In this document: positions 37,156-52,000 of the stretch, in pieces
How positions within the stretch are numbered: position 1 is the first letter of the stretch
Layout: each line of letters starts with the position of its first letter
Notes under the pieces: model-generated
What the model saw: the letters and a program-made list of their open reading frames with translations, nothing else
Told to the model about the DNA's origin: nothing
Databases searched by the model: none
Origin: Lingula anatina
Lineage: Eukaryota > Animalia > Brachiopoda
NCBI GenBank assembly: GCA_051362555.1
Contig: CM120649.1
Coordinates: 19,358,567 to 19,422,566, forward strand
Direction of reading: 5' to 3'
DNA: 64,000 nucleotides
Position numbers and translations under genes: made by a program

Positions 37156-40100
37156 AGAGAGAGGGGGAGAGAGAGAGAGAGAGGGGGGGGGGGGAGAGAG
37201 AGAAGAGAAGGGCATTTAATTTGGATGGACAGAGTGTCAAACAGCCAGAAAGATTACCTTACCTACTGACCAGGAGAGGAGAAAAATGATACCAAGACAG
37301 TAAGACACCAATTGCAGAAAACAAGCTCAATGTGTTTGGATGTCTAGAAGGGTGATGTATAATAAACAGTCGAATATGTCTTATTGTTCAATGTCTCCCA
37401 TTATTTCCAGTGTGCTGATGGTTACTATACCACAAACTTTGCCACTGTGGTCTGCACTATCTGTCCTAGTAGTCACAGCTGCCCTGACCCTGCCCAGCCT
37501 CCTGTGCTCTGTAAGCCTGGGGAGGTGAGATTTTCATTATATTGATAATGATATGATTTATCATGAAATTATAATCAAAAGGTTGTTTTGTTTGTAGTGG
37601 CAGTGATTTACTCTAAATACTGACTGAAGTAAAGTCTGTTTTACATTTCCTACCTGTTCTAATCACTTCAACCAAATTCATTTCTTAGATCAATTTTTAT
37701 GGTGTGTACCAATTTGTGTCATTTTGAAGCACTTTGCAGCACATTAATTTTTTATAGGATGGTTTCATATACTGGAATTTCAATAAGTTTTCCATGCTTC
37801 CATAATAATATTATATATTATCTTTATGGTTTTTGTATGAATAAAATGTACAACATAATTGACATTTATTTTATGTTCCGTAATTTGTTAGTACTCAGAC
37901 GAAGGGGCTTCTGGTTGTTTTGTCTGCCCTCCCGGAACTGCCTATACTGGAGATGGAGTAGACCATGTCTGTACACGATGTGGGGTAAGTCAGTCTGGAA
38001 CTGCCTGTACTGGAGATAGAGTAGACCATGTCTGTACACGATGTGGGGTAAGTCAGTCTGGAACTGCCTGTACTGGAGATAGAGTAGACCATGTCTGTAC
38101 ACGATGTGGGGTAAGTCAGTCTGGAACTGCCTGTACTGGAGATAGAGTAGACCATGTCTGTACACGATGTGGGGTAAGTCAGTCTGGAACTGCCTGTACT
38201 GGAGATAGAGTAGACCATGTCTGTACACGATGTGGTGTAAGTCAGTCTGGAACTGCCTGTACTGGAGATAGAGTAGACCATGTCTGTACACGATGTGGGG
38301 TAAGTCAGTCTGGAACTGCCTGTACTGGAGATAGAGTAGACCATGTCTGTACACGATGTGGGGTAAGTCAGTCTGGAACTGCCTGTACTGGAGATAGAGT
38401 AGACCATGTCTGTACACGATGTGGGGTAAGTCAGTCTTGAACTGCCTGTACTAGAGATGGAATAGATCAGGAATTTTTGTAATTTCAATATGAACTGTGT
38501 GTTAATTGTGACAACTACTGTTAAAAAACTTACTGTTAAATAGAAATCCCTGTAAAGGTGAAACTGTGTAGATATGTAAAGTAATTTTTTCGAAAATAAT
38601 TATTTCATTATACTGATCATGATTAACTAAGAATGTTTTGCCGTGCCTGCTGTACTTTCCTTAGGGAACTAGAAAACTCTAATATGCATCTCTTTTCTAC
38701 TTTTAGTCTGTACATTTGACAGGTTTGCTGCCTTGTTTTTACATATTTTGCCATTCTTGTTATAATTTCAGTATGGAGAACACTCCAATGGTACCCACTG
38801 CCTCACCTGTCCAGTTGGCTACTACTGTCCACCTCTCAGCCCCATACAGCTGTGTCCCCTGGGGGCGTACCAAGACCAGACAGGGCAGCCATCTTGTAAG
38901 CTGTGTCCAGCTGGTCACTCATGTGTGAATGTCTCACTGCCGCCGTTACCTTGTACACCGGGATTCTACAGCCAGTTTGTGCAGTATGATTGTGTGGTGG
39001 GTATTTTTTTAAATAAAAATTTTATTGCCTTTCGGTTGTTTTAAATAAATAAAAAATTCATTAGGTTTCCATTGGTATTTCATCTGGACTTCACCTGTTC
39101 ATTGACTTAAGCTTAGAAAGACTACCCTATAGATAAAAGGTGATAATGACTGTGCTAACCCCTTCCCCCTGACATATATATGGAAAGGGATATATTCATG
39201 ATTTCAGTTTTTTTATCCATTATTGATGCTTAGAATACAAGTTAAAAATGTCTATTTCCAGGCGTGTGAGACTGGGTATTACAGCGCGGCCGCAGCAGGC
39301 AGCTGTATGGAGTGTCCAGGGGGCCACTCGTGTTACGACGGCGCAAACTACACGCTGCCCACGCCGTGTGATGTGGGGATGTACAGCCCAGCAGGGGTCT
39401 CCACTTGTTCTTATTGTGTGCCAGGTGCGTGAAGTTATGAAACAAAATGCTTTTTCTTTCAAGAGCTTAATTCTCTATTTGTAAAAGTATTTATTTTAAA
39501 CATGGCTGAAACCGTAATATTTTATGATCCTGAGAATCTGCTTTTCATCCTTTAGAAATAAGATATCCTATAACGACCAAACCCAGTTTATCATCTTAGG
39601 GAGTCTGTTCCCATAAACCTATCACACCAGCTGGATTGATCTAACTCTGTGGGGATTCTGGTTAAATTGCATTCAGTGTAAGTGGCTCAAATGTCTGTCA
39701 CGCCTACTCAAGATACTAGGGGGTAATTCACAATAGTCAGTTACCCTCTAGTTACTCAAGGGGGGCGTGCTAGACAATTAAGCTGTAAAGAGTTAGAACA
39801 ATCCAGCTAGTTAAATGAATTTATGGAAACGCAGTCAAAGTCCTACGATAAATATGAATTGCTTTGTATTCTATCCTTTAGGTTCATACAGCAACATAGG
39901 GGGCACCACCTGTTCTCCATGTCCAGTGGGACATTACTGTCTTGATCCTGTGATACCTAAACCATGTAGTGTAGGCAGCTACAGTGTGGGAGGCACAGTG
40001 AGTGTAATATTCATACCAGTCCAACTATTATAGCAAAATAATCAACAGGATAAACAAAAATTACATATTTGTAATCAAAACAATCAATTCAATAAAAAAA

Positions 40101-43100
40101 GATTAAGTGAATTTGTCAATCGTTTGATAGGGATAACCATAGTCATATAGATATGGAATATTGAGATATGTTTTCTTATAAATATTTATTTATGTAGGTT
40201 TTCTGTCTCAGCATTACTTACAAGTACAATTTCGTTGATGTACTGAGTCGACCAATTCCTCTGTCTCTTCCAGGTATTACATTGTACTGTATGTCCCTCT
40301 GGTTTTGAGTGCAGCAACCCCGCGGCCAACCCCGTACCTTGTCCATTTGGTACCTACTCCCTGTCCAATGCCACTGCATGTACGGTTTGCCCCCAGGGGT
40401 TCTCCTGTCTAGACCCCAGGGAACCTCCACAGCTGTGTGAACAAGGAGCTTATAGTATGGAGGTAGAGTAGTGTGCGTGCATGCGTGCGTGCGTGCCCGG
40501 CTGACAGCTATTTAGCGTGAACCCCCAGGGAGTTAGGTTGATCTAAAGAAGGTCGATCTAATCTATTGAAATGGGGTGTTAGTGTTTGTGTGTGCATGCA
40601 TTTGTGAGAGGAGGTATTCTATTCCTTTGCACGAAGGGGATCTCCCTGATTTTTAAATGAAAGATATGGTATGTGTTTGATAATGTAATTGTGCTAGTGT
40701 GTGTATGTGTGCATGCAGTCAGTCATGTATAGGTGTCTTTTCCCTCACAAAGAAATATAACAATAAATGTTATAGTTGTTAAAATAGTTGTACATGGTTT
40801 TTAATATGTTTATGTGTATACGTATATATATGTTTGAAAGAAAGAGTATTAAAGAAAGTAAGAAAGTATAATCAAAAATATGTTTATGTGTTTACATGAG
40901 TACCTACAGGTATTTATACCCACCATAACTAACCCTCCAGTCTCTCTCTCCAGGGTGATGGTCAGTGCAGGCAGTGTCCAGCTGGCTACTCCTGTTCTCT
41001 GGACGGCACCGAGACCGCCTGTAACTTGGGCTACTACAGCCTCGCGGGGGACTTCAACTGCACCCTCTGTCCCGTGGGCTCACACTGTCCGTCTCCTGAT
41101 GTGGCCCCCATAGAGTGTGACGCTGGTCAGCATACCTTTGGTCAGGGAGGCCAGAGAGCATGTGTGGACTGCTTACCTGGACAGGCCTGTTATAACACTA
41201 GGTGAGGAAGGACACCGACTCTTTGGCCCCATTCAGAATAGGGGACTATTATAAGCAGTCTGAGGGTCAAATATGGCGACCTACTACAAAGCTAATTGAC
41301 ACTGAATAGATATCCTGACGGGAAGTATTCAAGTGGGTCGGCCATATTTGACCCTAGAGTAGTTAGTCTACTGTTCTGAATCAATTGGACACCAAAATCC
41401 CTTCAGCTGTAACAGACCTACTCAGCATTAACGGCTGCGAAATTAGATATGGCAATATTTCATATTAAAAAAACTTTGCTCCTGTGTACAAAGAGAGTAA
41501 AAAGTAGGACCATGCAGAAAGTAATCACTATTGTCACCTTCTACCCTTTTAATTTTGGGTACACCCCTTGTACCAGCAGTTGTACCAGCAGTGTAATCAG
41601 ACAGAAAGCAGGCAAATAGTCCCCATCTTTCCCTCACTATCTTTTTATCTCCCCCAGAGTGCTCCCCTTCAACTGCAGTACCGGGGAGTTCAGTGGTCTC
41701 CGGTCATCTACCTGTACCCTGTGTCCAGCTGGCTATAGTTGTGCTACTACAGTGTCCGTCCCGGCCCCCTGTCTCCCGGGGACGTACTCCATCAGTGGTC
41801 AGACGGCCTGCTCCTCCTGTCCAGCTGGTCATGCCTGTCCTTCCACTTCAGATGTGAACAGCTCTTATGTCTGCGCTAGTGGTGAGGTTCTTTACTCATT
41901 TTTATAATTGGCTGAATAAACTTTTATCTTGTTCTTTTAAAAGGGTTTTTTAGAACTGTGTTCATGCACATTAGGAATAGTGTATTTGATAGATGTGTAT
42001 AAAAGTACAGGCCATTCCAGCTGAACTTAAAAAGTATTAATCCTAGATTAAGCAGTTATCTCTTTTTGTTGCCTTGATTTCACTATATTTTGTTTTAGGA
42101 GGGTGAGTTTTTAACACACCTTGAGTTAAACATGGAGAGAAAGTTAAATACCATTTATAATCACATCATCAGGTTAAGTGGGAAATTTTGTAATCCACTC
42201 TGATGCTCCACATATAATTTCCAGGCAGCTTTGCCTTAGCTAACAGTCCAAGCTGTACCACTTGTCCAGCAGGGAAATACTGTCCATCTATCACCATGGA
42301 TACCGTACTGGACTGTCCAGCAGGTACCTTCAGCCTCTCCGGACAGGACGTGTGTACGCCGTGTCCAGCAGGTTGGCAGTGTCCGGCAGTGGACGGAACC
42401 CAGAACTCTGAATGTTTGGAGGGGTTCTTTTCTGTAGGTGGGTGCTGTTCTTTTTTATTGTCTTCCATGGAATCTGTTGTAACCAATTTATATGACTGTC
42501 AGTATGAGGCAACCAACTAAAAGTGCCTGTATCAAGTGACCAACTGAAACTGCCTGTATTAGGCAACCAACGGAAACTGTCTGTATCAAGAAACCAACTG
42601 AAACTGCCTGTATCTGGCAACTAACTGAAACTGCCTGTATCAAGAAACCAACTGAAACTGCCTGTATCTGGCAACCAACTGAAACTGCATGTATCAAGAA
42701 ACCAACTGAAACTGCCTGTATCTGGCAACCAGCTGAAACTGTCTGTATCAAGAAACCAACTGAAACTGCCTGTATCAAAAAACCAACTGAAACTGGATGT
42801 ATCAAGCAACCAGCTGAAATTGCCTTTGCCATATTTTGAATGTTTTTGCACAGAAAAACGCCTTGAATATAATAGGTGATTCTGTAATGGTCTTGAAATT
42901 TGCATCACATGTCATTTTGTTAATATTTAATCATAACAGTATCTTTACCTATTCATTGTCTTTTAATATATTTAGGAAACCAAACTGCCTGCACCCAGTG
43001 TCCTGCTGGTTTTGCATGTCCAAGTACATCATCCAATCAGAACTTCACCTGTCATCCTGGCACTTATGCCGTGGCTGGTTCCACGGTCTGCACCTTGTGT

Positions 43101-46100
43101 GCTGCAGGTTATGAGTGCCCAGATGTGGAGAGTCCACAGAGAGAGCCGTGTAATTCAGGGTACTTCAGTATCGGCTCCCAGGCAGCGTGTGATGTGTGCC
43201 CCGCTGGCTTTGCTTGTTATTCCTCTGCTAACAGGTAAGTGAAGTGGAAGTGATGATGGTGCCTGAAGAAACAACCCTAGTAATTCAGTGTGCAGGATCT
43301 CATGCCTGTTGTGTGTGTTTTTTTTTTCCCAGTTTTCGTGATTAAAGCTAAAAACAAAGAGGGTTAAAAAGAAATACCTTCAAGTGATCTTGAGTACTGT
43401 CCATTTCACTTGTGATCTACATTTTTTTTTCGTTGTAATACTGGTATTAGATACAGGGTTCACACCTGACAAATACCAGTATTTGCTCCAATAATTGTAA
43501 CATTTCATCACAATATAACATCAATGTCTCCGTCTCTCCTCAGAACACAGTGCATGCTGGGTACCTACTCGCTGGCAGGTTCTGTCCACTGTACGCCCTG
43601 TGAAGCAGGCCTGCAGTGCCCGTACATCAACCGGACTGGTGTAGAGTGTGAGGATGGCTTCTACAGCCTGGGGGGTCAGTATCAGTGTACCCCGTGTCCC
43701 CCGGGGTGGTATTGTGCCCAGAAAGATATTCCACCTGTGATCTGTCCACGAGGTACCTACAGCAGTAACTCCACTATGGCGTGTAGCAGCTGTTCCGCAG
43801 GGTACACATGTGGAGAGAACAGGAACAGCAGTGAACCACTGGAGGATATGTGTCCAATAGGTAGGTAGTTTGTTTTATACCACCATCATTCATGGGCTTT
43901 TTCCGCGGAAACGTGGAATTCCAAATTTTTTAATTCAATTCTGATGATTCCTGAGATTCGTCAAGATCTGCAATAAAATCTGTTCAGAGTTTGTTTTTTT
44001 TTTTTTTTCATTTTGAAACCTAGACTCTTGTCTGCACCATAAAGTAAACAGGCAAAGCAATCCACATAATCATATACAGGATTAACCAAGCATGATATGA
44101 AAATATATGTGTATATATATACATAATCTTATATTTAGCCAAATAAAGTGCTATACATTTACATGTCCATAATTTGAGGACTACAGAAACAATATTCAAA
44201 TTTGCAAAATCTGTTGAGGGGAAAACAGTGACAAGATATGACAGTTGTGACTTTGTTTTAAATATGATATTCATGTATTATAAAGATATGAAACGTATCT
44301 TTCAGGTTTCTACTGTCTTGATGGGAAAACTGCCATTCTGTGCCCAGCAGGCACCTACGGCAACACAACGGGGGCCAGAAATGTCACGGAGGGGTGTGCC
44401 CCATGTCCCCCAGGTTACCAGTGTCCTGAGGGGACTGTGTACCACCCCCTGCACCCCAACTCTACAGCCCTGCTCTGCCCCCAGGGCTCCTACTGCCCTG
44501 AGGGGTCCGGTGAGGAGAGCTTTCTGTGCCCAGCAGGGACCTACAGTACCATGGCTGGTCTAGGGCGCATAGAGGAGTGTGAAGATTGTCCTCCAGGGTA
44601 CCGTTGCCCCAGACAGGGAATGACTGCACCCTACTTCTGTGACCAGAGTTATTACTGTCCTGTAGGAACTATTGATCCCATACGCTGCCCCGCTGGGTAT
44701 GACACAGAGCCATATGCTAAGAATTCCTCAGACTGCAAACCGGTTATAGCAGGCCATTACACCAAGGGCACTCACGCCAGGGAGTCCTGTTTTGGTGGTT
44801 ACTATGGCAACATCACAGGACAGCCCAGCCATGATCTGGCCTGCATTCCCTGCCCCCCAGGGAAGTATTGCCCCCAACGTGGCATGACAGAGCCTGGAGA
44901 AGACTGCCCCCTGGGGTATTACTGTCCCTCAGGGACAATCCTCTGGCACCAGTTTCCCTGCCCCCCTGGAACTTTGGGTAATGCTACGGGCCTGATGACT
45001 GTGGGAGGCTGCGAGAGCTGTCCTGCGGGGTACGCTTGTCTGGAAGCCTCTGGTCACCCTGATGTCCCCCTGATAATCTGTGCCAAAGGTCACTACTGTC
45101 CAAATGGGACATCGTCAGATGTTGAGTTTCCGTGTCCAGGAGGGACGTACAACCCTGATGTGGGGAAGGGCAGATTATCAGACTGTAAAACTTGTCCTGC
45201 CGGGCAGCTGTGTCCACCTGGGACTTACGAAATATCGGAGTCTTACTCCTTCTGTGATCGGGGCCATTACTGTCCAGCGGGGACAAACCAGTCCGTGCCC
45301 TGTCCTGGAGGAACTTACAACCCAGATGAAGGAGGCACTAATGTCACCATATGTCGTGGATGTCCAGCCGGCCATTTCTGTCCCCCTGGCAGCATTATGC
45401 CATTGCCTTGTGATCCTGGCACCATGAACCCTCACGTCAACCAGTCCAATCAGACAGCCGCTTGCCAGCCATGCACTGCGGGCAAAGCGTGTACCGGCTA
45501 CGGACTGATAGAACCAGATTCTCCCTGTCTACCCGGTCATTTCTGTGCCCCAGGCACGGCCACGGCAAACGAAACTGAATGTCCAGCGGGTACCTTCACT
45601 GACCGCGATGATTTGACCTCTTTTACAGAATGTGAGGTTTGCCCCGCATCATTTGCATGTTTCGCAGGCACGGGGGGTTATAAACTGCGCCCCAGGCCGT
45701 GTCACAGAGGTGCGTACTGTCCAGCTGGTACGACCTATCCTTGGAAATACCGCTGTCCAGCGGGGACATGGAGTGACATGACCAACCTGGTCAGTGTTGA
45801 CCAGTGCTATACATGTCCCCAGGGTTATTACTGTAAGAAGGGGTCTTGGAAGATCTGGGGGGAATGCTTCCCTGGACACTACTGCCCTGAAGGTAAATGA
45901 CACTTTGATGAAAATTATTTATGGATAATTTGCTTTGACTTTTACATACTTTGACTATGAACATAGTTCATTAATTTTGAAATCATTAAAATTTTATTCT
46001 GTAAAGCTTTTTGCTGCTTTTCCTGTATAGAATAGAACTATTGGGCAGCCTGTTTTTAAATTTTGTTGCTACCAATCAGTAGGAATGTTCACATCTTAAA

Positions 46101-48986
46101 TTTATGATTTCAAAATTACTTTATCTATAAAATTACATTATTTATAAAATCCCCCCTCCCCCATTGAGATGATCAAGTCGTTGTCATGTACCAAGGAAGG
46201 GTTCCTCAGGATTTGTAAAATGCTGATTACCATTCCTGTCATGCTGGCATTGCTTGTCTTTGTTCAAATGACAGAAACAGTATATCATTTAGACAATACC
46301 TTAGATGAGTGCTTGTTAATGTGGATGATTTTCCAAATCAGCCTTTTTTCACAGGTACGCCAGCTGGTGACACCTATCCCTGTCCTAATGGGACCTACAG
46401 TAAGGACGGGACACACTGCGCCTCCTGTCCCATGGGGCACTACTGCATGGAGAAGACGCACATACCGGATCCTTGTGAACCGTGAGTTGATAGAGGTGTA
46501 TTCAGATGAGGGCTGTTTAGACCGGAAAATCGGCTCAAAGTGCATGGATGTACAACTAGATTGTGTACAGGGAAAAGTGACTGTTTTCTGAGAAAAAAGA
46601 TGAAAATGGAAAAGATTAATAAATCAGTAACTAGTAAACCTCGGTAGCCAAACACAGTTTCACACACCAACCATATTAAATTGAATTCAAAGAAAAGAAG
46701 ACAATAAGTGGTCTTAATATTAGGACTTCACATTTAAGTCATCTTTAAACTATAATAAATCTGCTGTTTTTACAGGGTATTGATTTTTCACATTCCAGAG
46801 GTTCCTATAACCCAAACTATGGTGGGAAGACCATTCTCGCCTGCTTGGACTGCCCAGCGGGTCATTACTGCCCAGATAACGGCACCTTCGTCCCCAAGGC
46901 ATGTGGGAAGGGAATGTTCTCTGAGGTCGGTTCGTACAACTGCACAGTCTGTCTGGCGGGTCACTACTGCGACAGCGCCACCACCTCGGCCACCGTCATG
47001 CTGACATCACGCGTGTGTCCACCTGGTACCCAGTGTCCAGCTGGTCAGCAGCTGCCGCCAGATGTGTGGAACAAGTGTCCGAAGGGTCACTACTGTCCTG
47101 GGGCGGCTGTCCACCCTGAAGCTCTCCCCTGTCCTATTGGTGAGATAGTGAATTTATAAATGGTCTTGAAAAACTTGGTAGTGAAGGTATTATATAAGGA
47201 CAAATGAAATGTAATACAATATTGAATAGAAAGTAAAGTTAATTAGAATAAAAAAAATTTAAAATTTCTTAAAAAATTGAAAATAAAGCTATTATATTAG
47301 GATAAATGAATGCACAGACGTGATTCAATATTGAATAACAAGTGGAAATTTTTTTTTAATGTAGCAGTTTCATATATTAGAAACTCCATAAAAATACTTC
47401 AGAATCTGTAAACTAATGGAAATGTTTGAGTGATTTAGCCTGATGATTAAAACCAAGCTCTACTATCTATATAATCAACACATGTTACTTCCAGGTACAT
47501 TCAACCCCACCCTGGGTCTGGAGGCAGAGTCTCAGTGTGTGGTGTGTTCAGAGGGCAAATACTGTGATGAGGAGGGGCTGGCGGCCGCCAAGGAATGTCC
47601 TGCAGGATATTACTGTGTTGAAGGTACAGCGTTCTCTGCTGTATATTGGCATTCATACAGGTTCTAAGTTAAATCAGTCCACCATTATTGATGTTATGTC
47701 TGCTGCTGCGTTCAGACAGGTTATAAGTTAAAAAACTTGTATCCAGGTGAGTTATAAATTCCTACAATCAAAGTGGAAGATATTATAAATAATGGGGAAA
47801 AAACTTATTTTATTTATTTTGTTTCTGGCGACACCTTTCCAGGCAGTATTTACGCCCAGCCCTGCCCCCTGGGGACTTTTAACGGCATCCCCGGCTCCAC
47901 CAGTGACAGCTACTGCACCAAGTGTTCAGGAGGGAAATACTGCAACGAACTGGGACTGACAGCGCCATCTGGTGACTGTACTGCTGGGTTCTACTGCACG
48001 GAGGGTTCGACCACCGCCGCTCCAAATAACACCGGTACTAGTCACATGGGTGGTATATGCCCTGAAGGGAGTTACTGTCCTGCTGGATCCAGTGTCCCGA
48101 CTCCCTGTCCCGGCGGGACATTCAGTAAAGCCACAGGTGGTAGAAGTGTCAGTGACTGCCTGTCATGTGACCCTGGATACTACTGTATTGGGAGCGGCAC
48201 CGCCACTGCCATGTTTGCGTGTACCAAAGGTTATTACTGTGACGGGGGTGCAACAAATGCAACCCAGCACACAACCCCGGCGGGTCATTTCTCAGGTCCC
48301 GGGTCCAGCAGTCCAGAACCCTGTCCTGTGGGACAGTACCAACCAGCCCCCAACTCAGACTCCTGTCTCCCCTGCCCCCAGGGCTTCTTCTGCAACAGCA
48401 CAGCCACCGTGGAAGACACAAAAAACATCTGTCCCCTTGGACATTACTGTCCTGAAGGCAGCTCCCTGCCGACACCATGTCCTGCTGGATATTACCTCAA
48501 TGACCTGAAGAGCTACCAGCTGTCGGAGTGTACACCGTGTACTGAAGGTTTTGCATGCACTGAGAGCAGCCTGGCTCAGCCAGTGGTGAAGTGTCACGCT
48601 GGACACTACTGCCAACAAGGAGCCGCCACATCCACTCCGGTCGGGGAGACATTTGGTGACCTCTGTCCAGCTGGTTATTTCTGCCCTGAGGGAACTGCAT
48701 ATTTCAGCCACCATCCCTGTCCTAATGGTACCTACAGCAGCGTCTCGGGAGGAAAGGAGGCGGCTGACTGCCTCCTCTGTCCTCCTGGTATGGTATGCAG
48801 TGGGGCAGCACTAACGACACCTACAGGAAAGTGTGCACCAGGATACTATTGCATAGGGGGCAGCACCAATTCAAGACCTGATAATGGCACTACAGGGGAT
48901 GTGTGCAAGATGGGCCACTATTGTCCTGAAGGCTCAGGTGAGTCTGATTCTTGGGAGCAGTTACTAGGCAATTCTGTTTAAAGTCA

Positions 48987-49022
<36 letters not shown>

Positions 49023-52000
49023 CACCAAGTGCTGTCAGTGCGGGAGTTGAAAAACTCCAATGAAGAGCTGGGAGGAAAAACTTTTAAAATTATTAACAGA
49101 AGTGAAAATGGAACATTGGGGGCTTTGGTGTATGTTAAGCATTAGAACTGTGTCTGCATAATTAAGTTCCATTAGGACAGCAAATCCAGTCAAATAATTC
49201 CAATACTTATGTCACTGCCATGTATCCAGCTTGCGCTTCATGCCATTAATAGTTATTGCTTTGTATATTATTTAAGTAACCACCTAAATAGGCTCAATTT
49301 CTGTATAATATTTAAAAAAATTCAGCTATATCCTTGCATCTAGTCCCCCCCCCCCCAAGAAAAAAAAGTCCTAGCAATACCATATAATTTCAGCAAAACC
49401 CCAGCACTAATTCTCCTTACAATAATATTATAATTCCAGCCACCTCTCAGCAGTGTCCCCCAGGGTCATTCTCCAATGTGACTGGTCTGTCCACCTGCTG
49501 GCCTTGTCCTGCTGGCTATTACTGTGAGCTGGACACTGGGGTGGAGGAATACACTGTCCCCAGGGTCTGTCTCCCTGGACATTACTGTCCTGAGGGTAGC
49601 GCTGTGGACATGCCAAAATGCCCTCCTGGGACTTATAGTGGAAGTCAGGGTAAGTTATAGATCATATGTTTAAAGTCTTGTTTGTGACAAGTATAGGTAT
49701 TCTCATTGTTTGAAGGCATCGTGTAGTATACTAATAGTTTAGAAAATAAAAGGAGTGACATTTGGCTGTGACACTTCATCTTTTGTAATTCACCCAAACT
49801 AGAGGTCATGATGTAGCAAAGTTAAGAAAGTAAATTACAAATTGTTATCAGATAGTGTTCTGAGAGTGCAGTAAAGTGGTAAGGATGTCATTGTAACCTA
49901 TTGCATATACTGTAAGTCTCAATTATTTAAACTTTAATGTCACTGTCGATCAGTACAGTTACCCTGTTTATCATGGTCCAGGTTTAGCCAGTGTGGATGA
50001 GTGCACCCCATGTCCAGGAGGATATTTCTGCTTCAAGTATGGTTCCACAGGGTACAATCCCATGGTGAATGTGTCGGAGTCTGGAGTGGGGATATGTGAA
50101 GAAGGGTACTACTGTAAATCTGGTAAGGTTTCACCTGTAGGTCAAGTAGCATGATAATTAGTACATTTCAGCAATAGTTCACTAATTTCAAACACTTCCC
50201 TTTTAGATAATCCAATTTGCAAAAACCTTAAATCAAATTTCAGTTTATAGCACACCTTTTCTGGCCTACATATCTGTGTTAAAAAATCTTAAAATCATTC
50301 TTTTCTTTGTTCTTTGACCACCAGTTGACAGTCATTAAATTGCTAATGTTATTAAATTTAAAACAATCTGTGTTCTGAAATAATGGTATCATCATTTATT
50401 TATATTTATATTTTATTGTTATATTTCATTATTCGTTATTAAATACCATTATTTTTTGTTCTTACACAGGAGCAAGCAGTGGCACCCCCACCCCTGAGAC
50501 CAGTACTGGTCTGGCTGGTCCTTGCCCCACTGGTCACTACTGTCCAGTCCAGACTGAGGATCCGGTACCTTGCCCCAGTGGGACCTACAGGGACACCCCA
50601 CTGGCCAGAGCTGTACTGGACTGTCTCCAGTGTCCCCTGGGGATGTACTGTGCCAGAACCAACCTCAGCCACCCCCAGGGACCCTGTGATCCTGGCTTCT
50701 ACTGCTTAACAGGGAGCAATACCCCCTCTCCCACTGGGGACAACCCCACCCAGGGGGCACCTTGTCCTGTGGGTCACTACTGTCTGGCAGGCACCTCCAC
50801 CCCCCTGAACTGCCCAGCGGGTACCTACAACAACCTGACTGGTCAAGGTGCTTGTTTGACCTGTCCAGCTGGGTTCTACTGTCCAGAGAATATAACATCC
50901 TATGAGGAATACTTGTGTCCTGTTGGGCACTATTGTCCCAATGGTACTGGCCATGCCTATGAGTACAAGTGCCCCAAGGGATACTTTAGGAATACTACAA
51001 TGGGAGAGAAGTTATCTGACTGCTATCCGTGTCCTGGAGGGTATTACTGTGAGGGAGAGGGGCTGACTGGACCTACTGGACTATGTGATGCTGGTAGGTT
51101 AACAGTGTACACACAAATATTTCAGTGGCATGTGCACTGCAGGTGTGTTTGTTGGTGTTTAGAGATTCAGTATTTTATTTCATGAAATTTATTTCTTAAC
51201 ATTTAACTCTGTGTTCATCAAAACTCTCATGTACCTTTTTTTTTCATATTGTTTTTTTTTTTTTTACTTTCATTTATAATGTAAAATTTACCATGATCTT
51301 TTAAAAATAAATATGATTATTACACATACCACTGAATATAAAAGTATTGTCTTTCATCCCCAGGTTACTTCTGTATCCATGCCACTTGGTCTGCCCATCC
51401 CTCAGACTACACCAACTATACCCTGGGGGACTGCCTCTGTCCCTCCACTGTGACAGGGGGAGAGTGCCAGCCGGGGTATTACTGTCCCCGGGGGTCCTGG
51501 GAACCCATCCCCTGCCCTGGCGGGATGTACTGTGCTGGGCCAGGTAGGTAAAAAACTGTGGGGGGAGGGGGTATTAATGTCCCCAGGGGTACTGAGAACT
51601 GATGCTTTGCAATAAGGGAATTGTGTTAAAATGAGATTGTGTTAATAATGAATAATGGTTTTAAACTTGCAATTATGCTGGCAAAACAAACTACTGATGA
51701 ATTTGCGAGGCTACTGTCTTGCAATGCTACCGTCTTGTCTTGCTTTGATATTATGAAACCTAATATGTTGCTGAGAGAGAGAGAGGAGAGAGAGATGGTT
51801 AAAAGATAACTTATAAAGAGGGTCACTTGAATGTCGTAGCTGCCATATCTGATCTCCTTAGTTTCTCAAATATAATCCCCTATTTCAGGTCTCTCTGAGG
51901 TCACAGGATCTTGTCAAGAAGGTCACTACTGTGTCCTGGCGGCCATGCGTCCCGATCCTGCAGATGGGGTGACAGGTGACACCTGCCCAACTGGACGCTA

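Noticed and set aside
36583-37269. RE-rich and SL-rich ORFs of 200-228 aa
   Set aside because: Translations of the GA microsatellite in an intron.
37866-38488. 183- and 197-aa minus-strand ORFs
   Set aside because: Antisense frames of the 63-bp repeat.
42330-42908. Repetitive minus-strand ORFs
   Set aside because: Products of the 27-bp intronic minisatellite.
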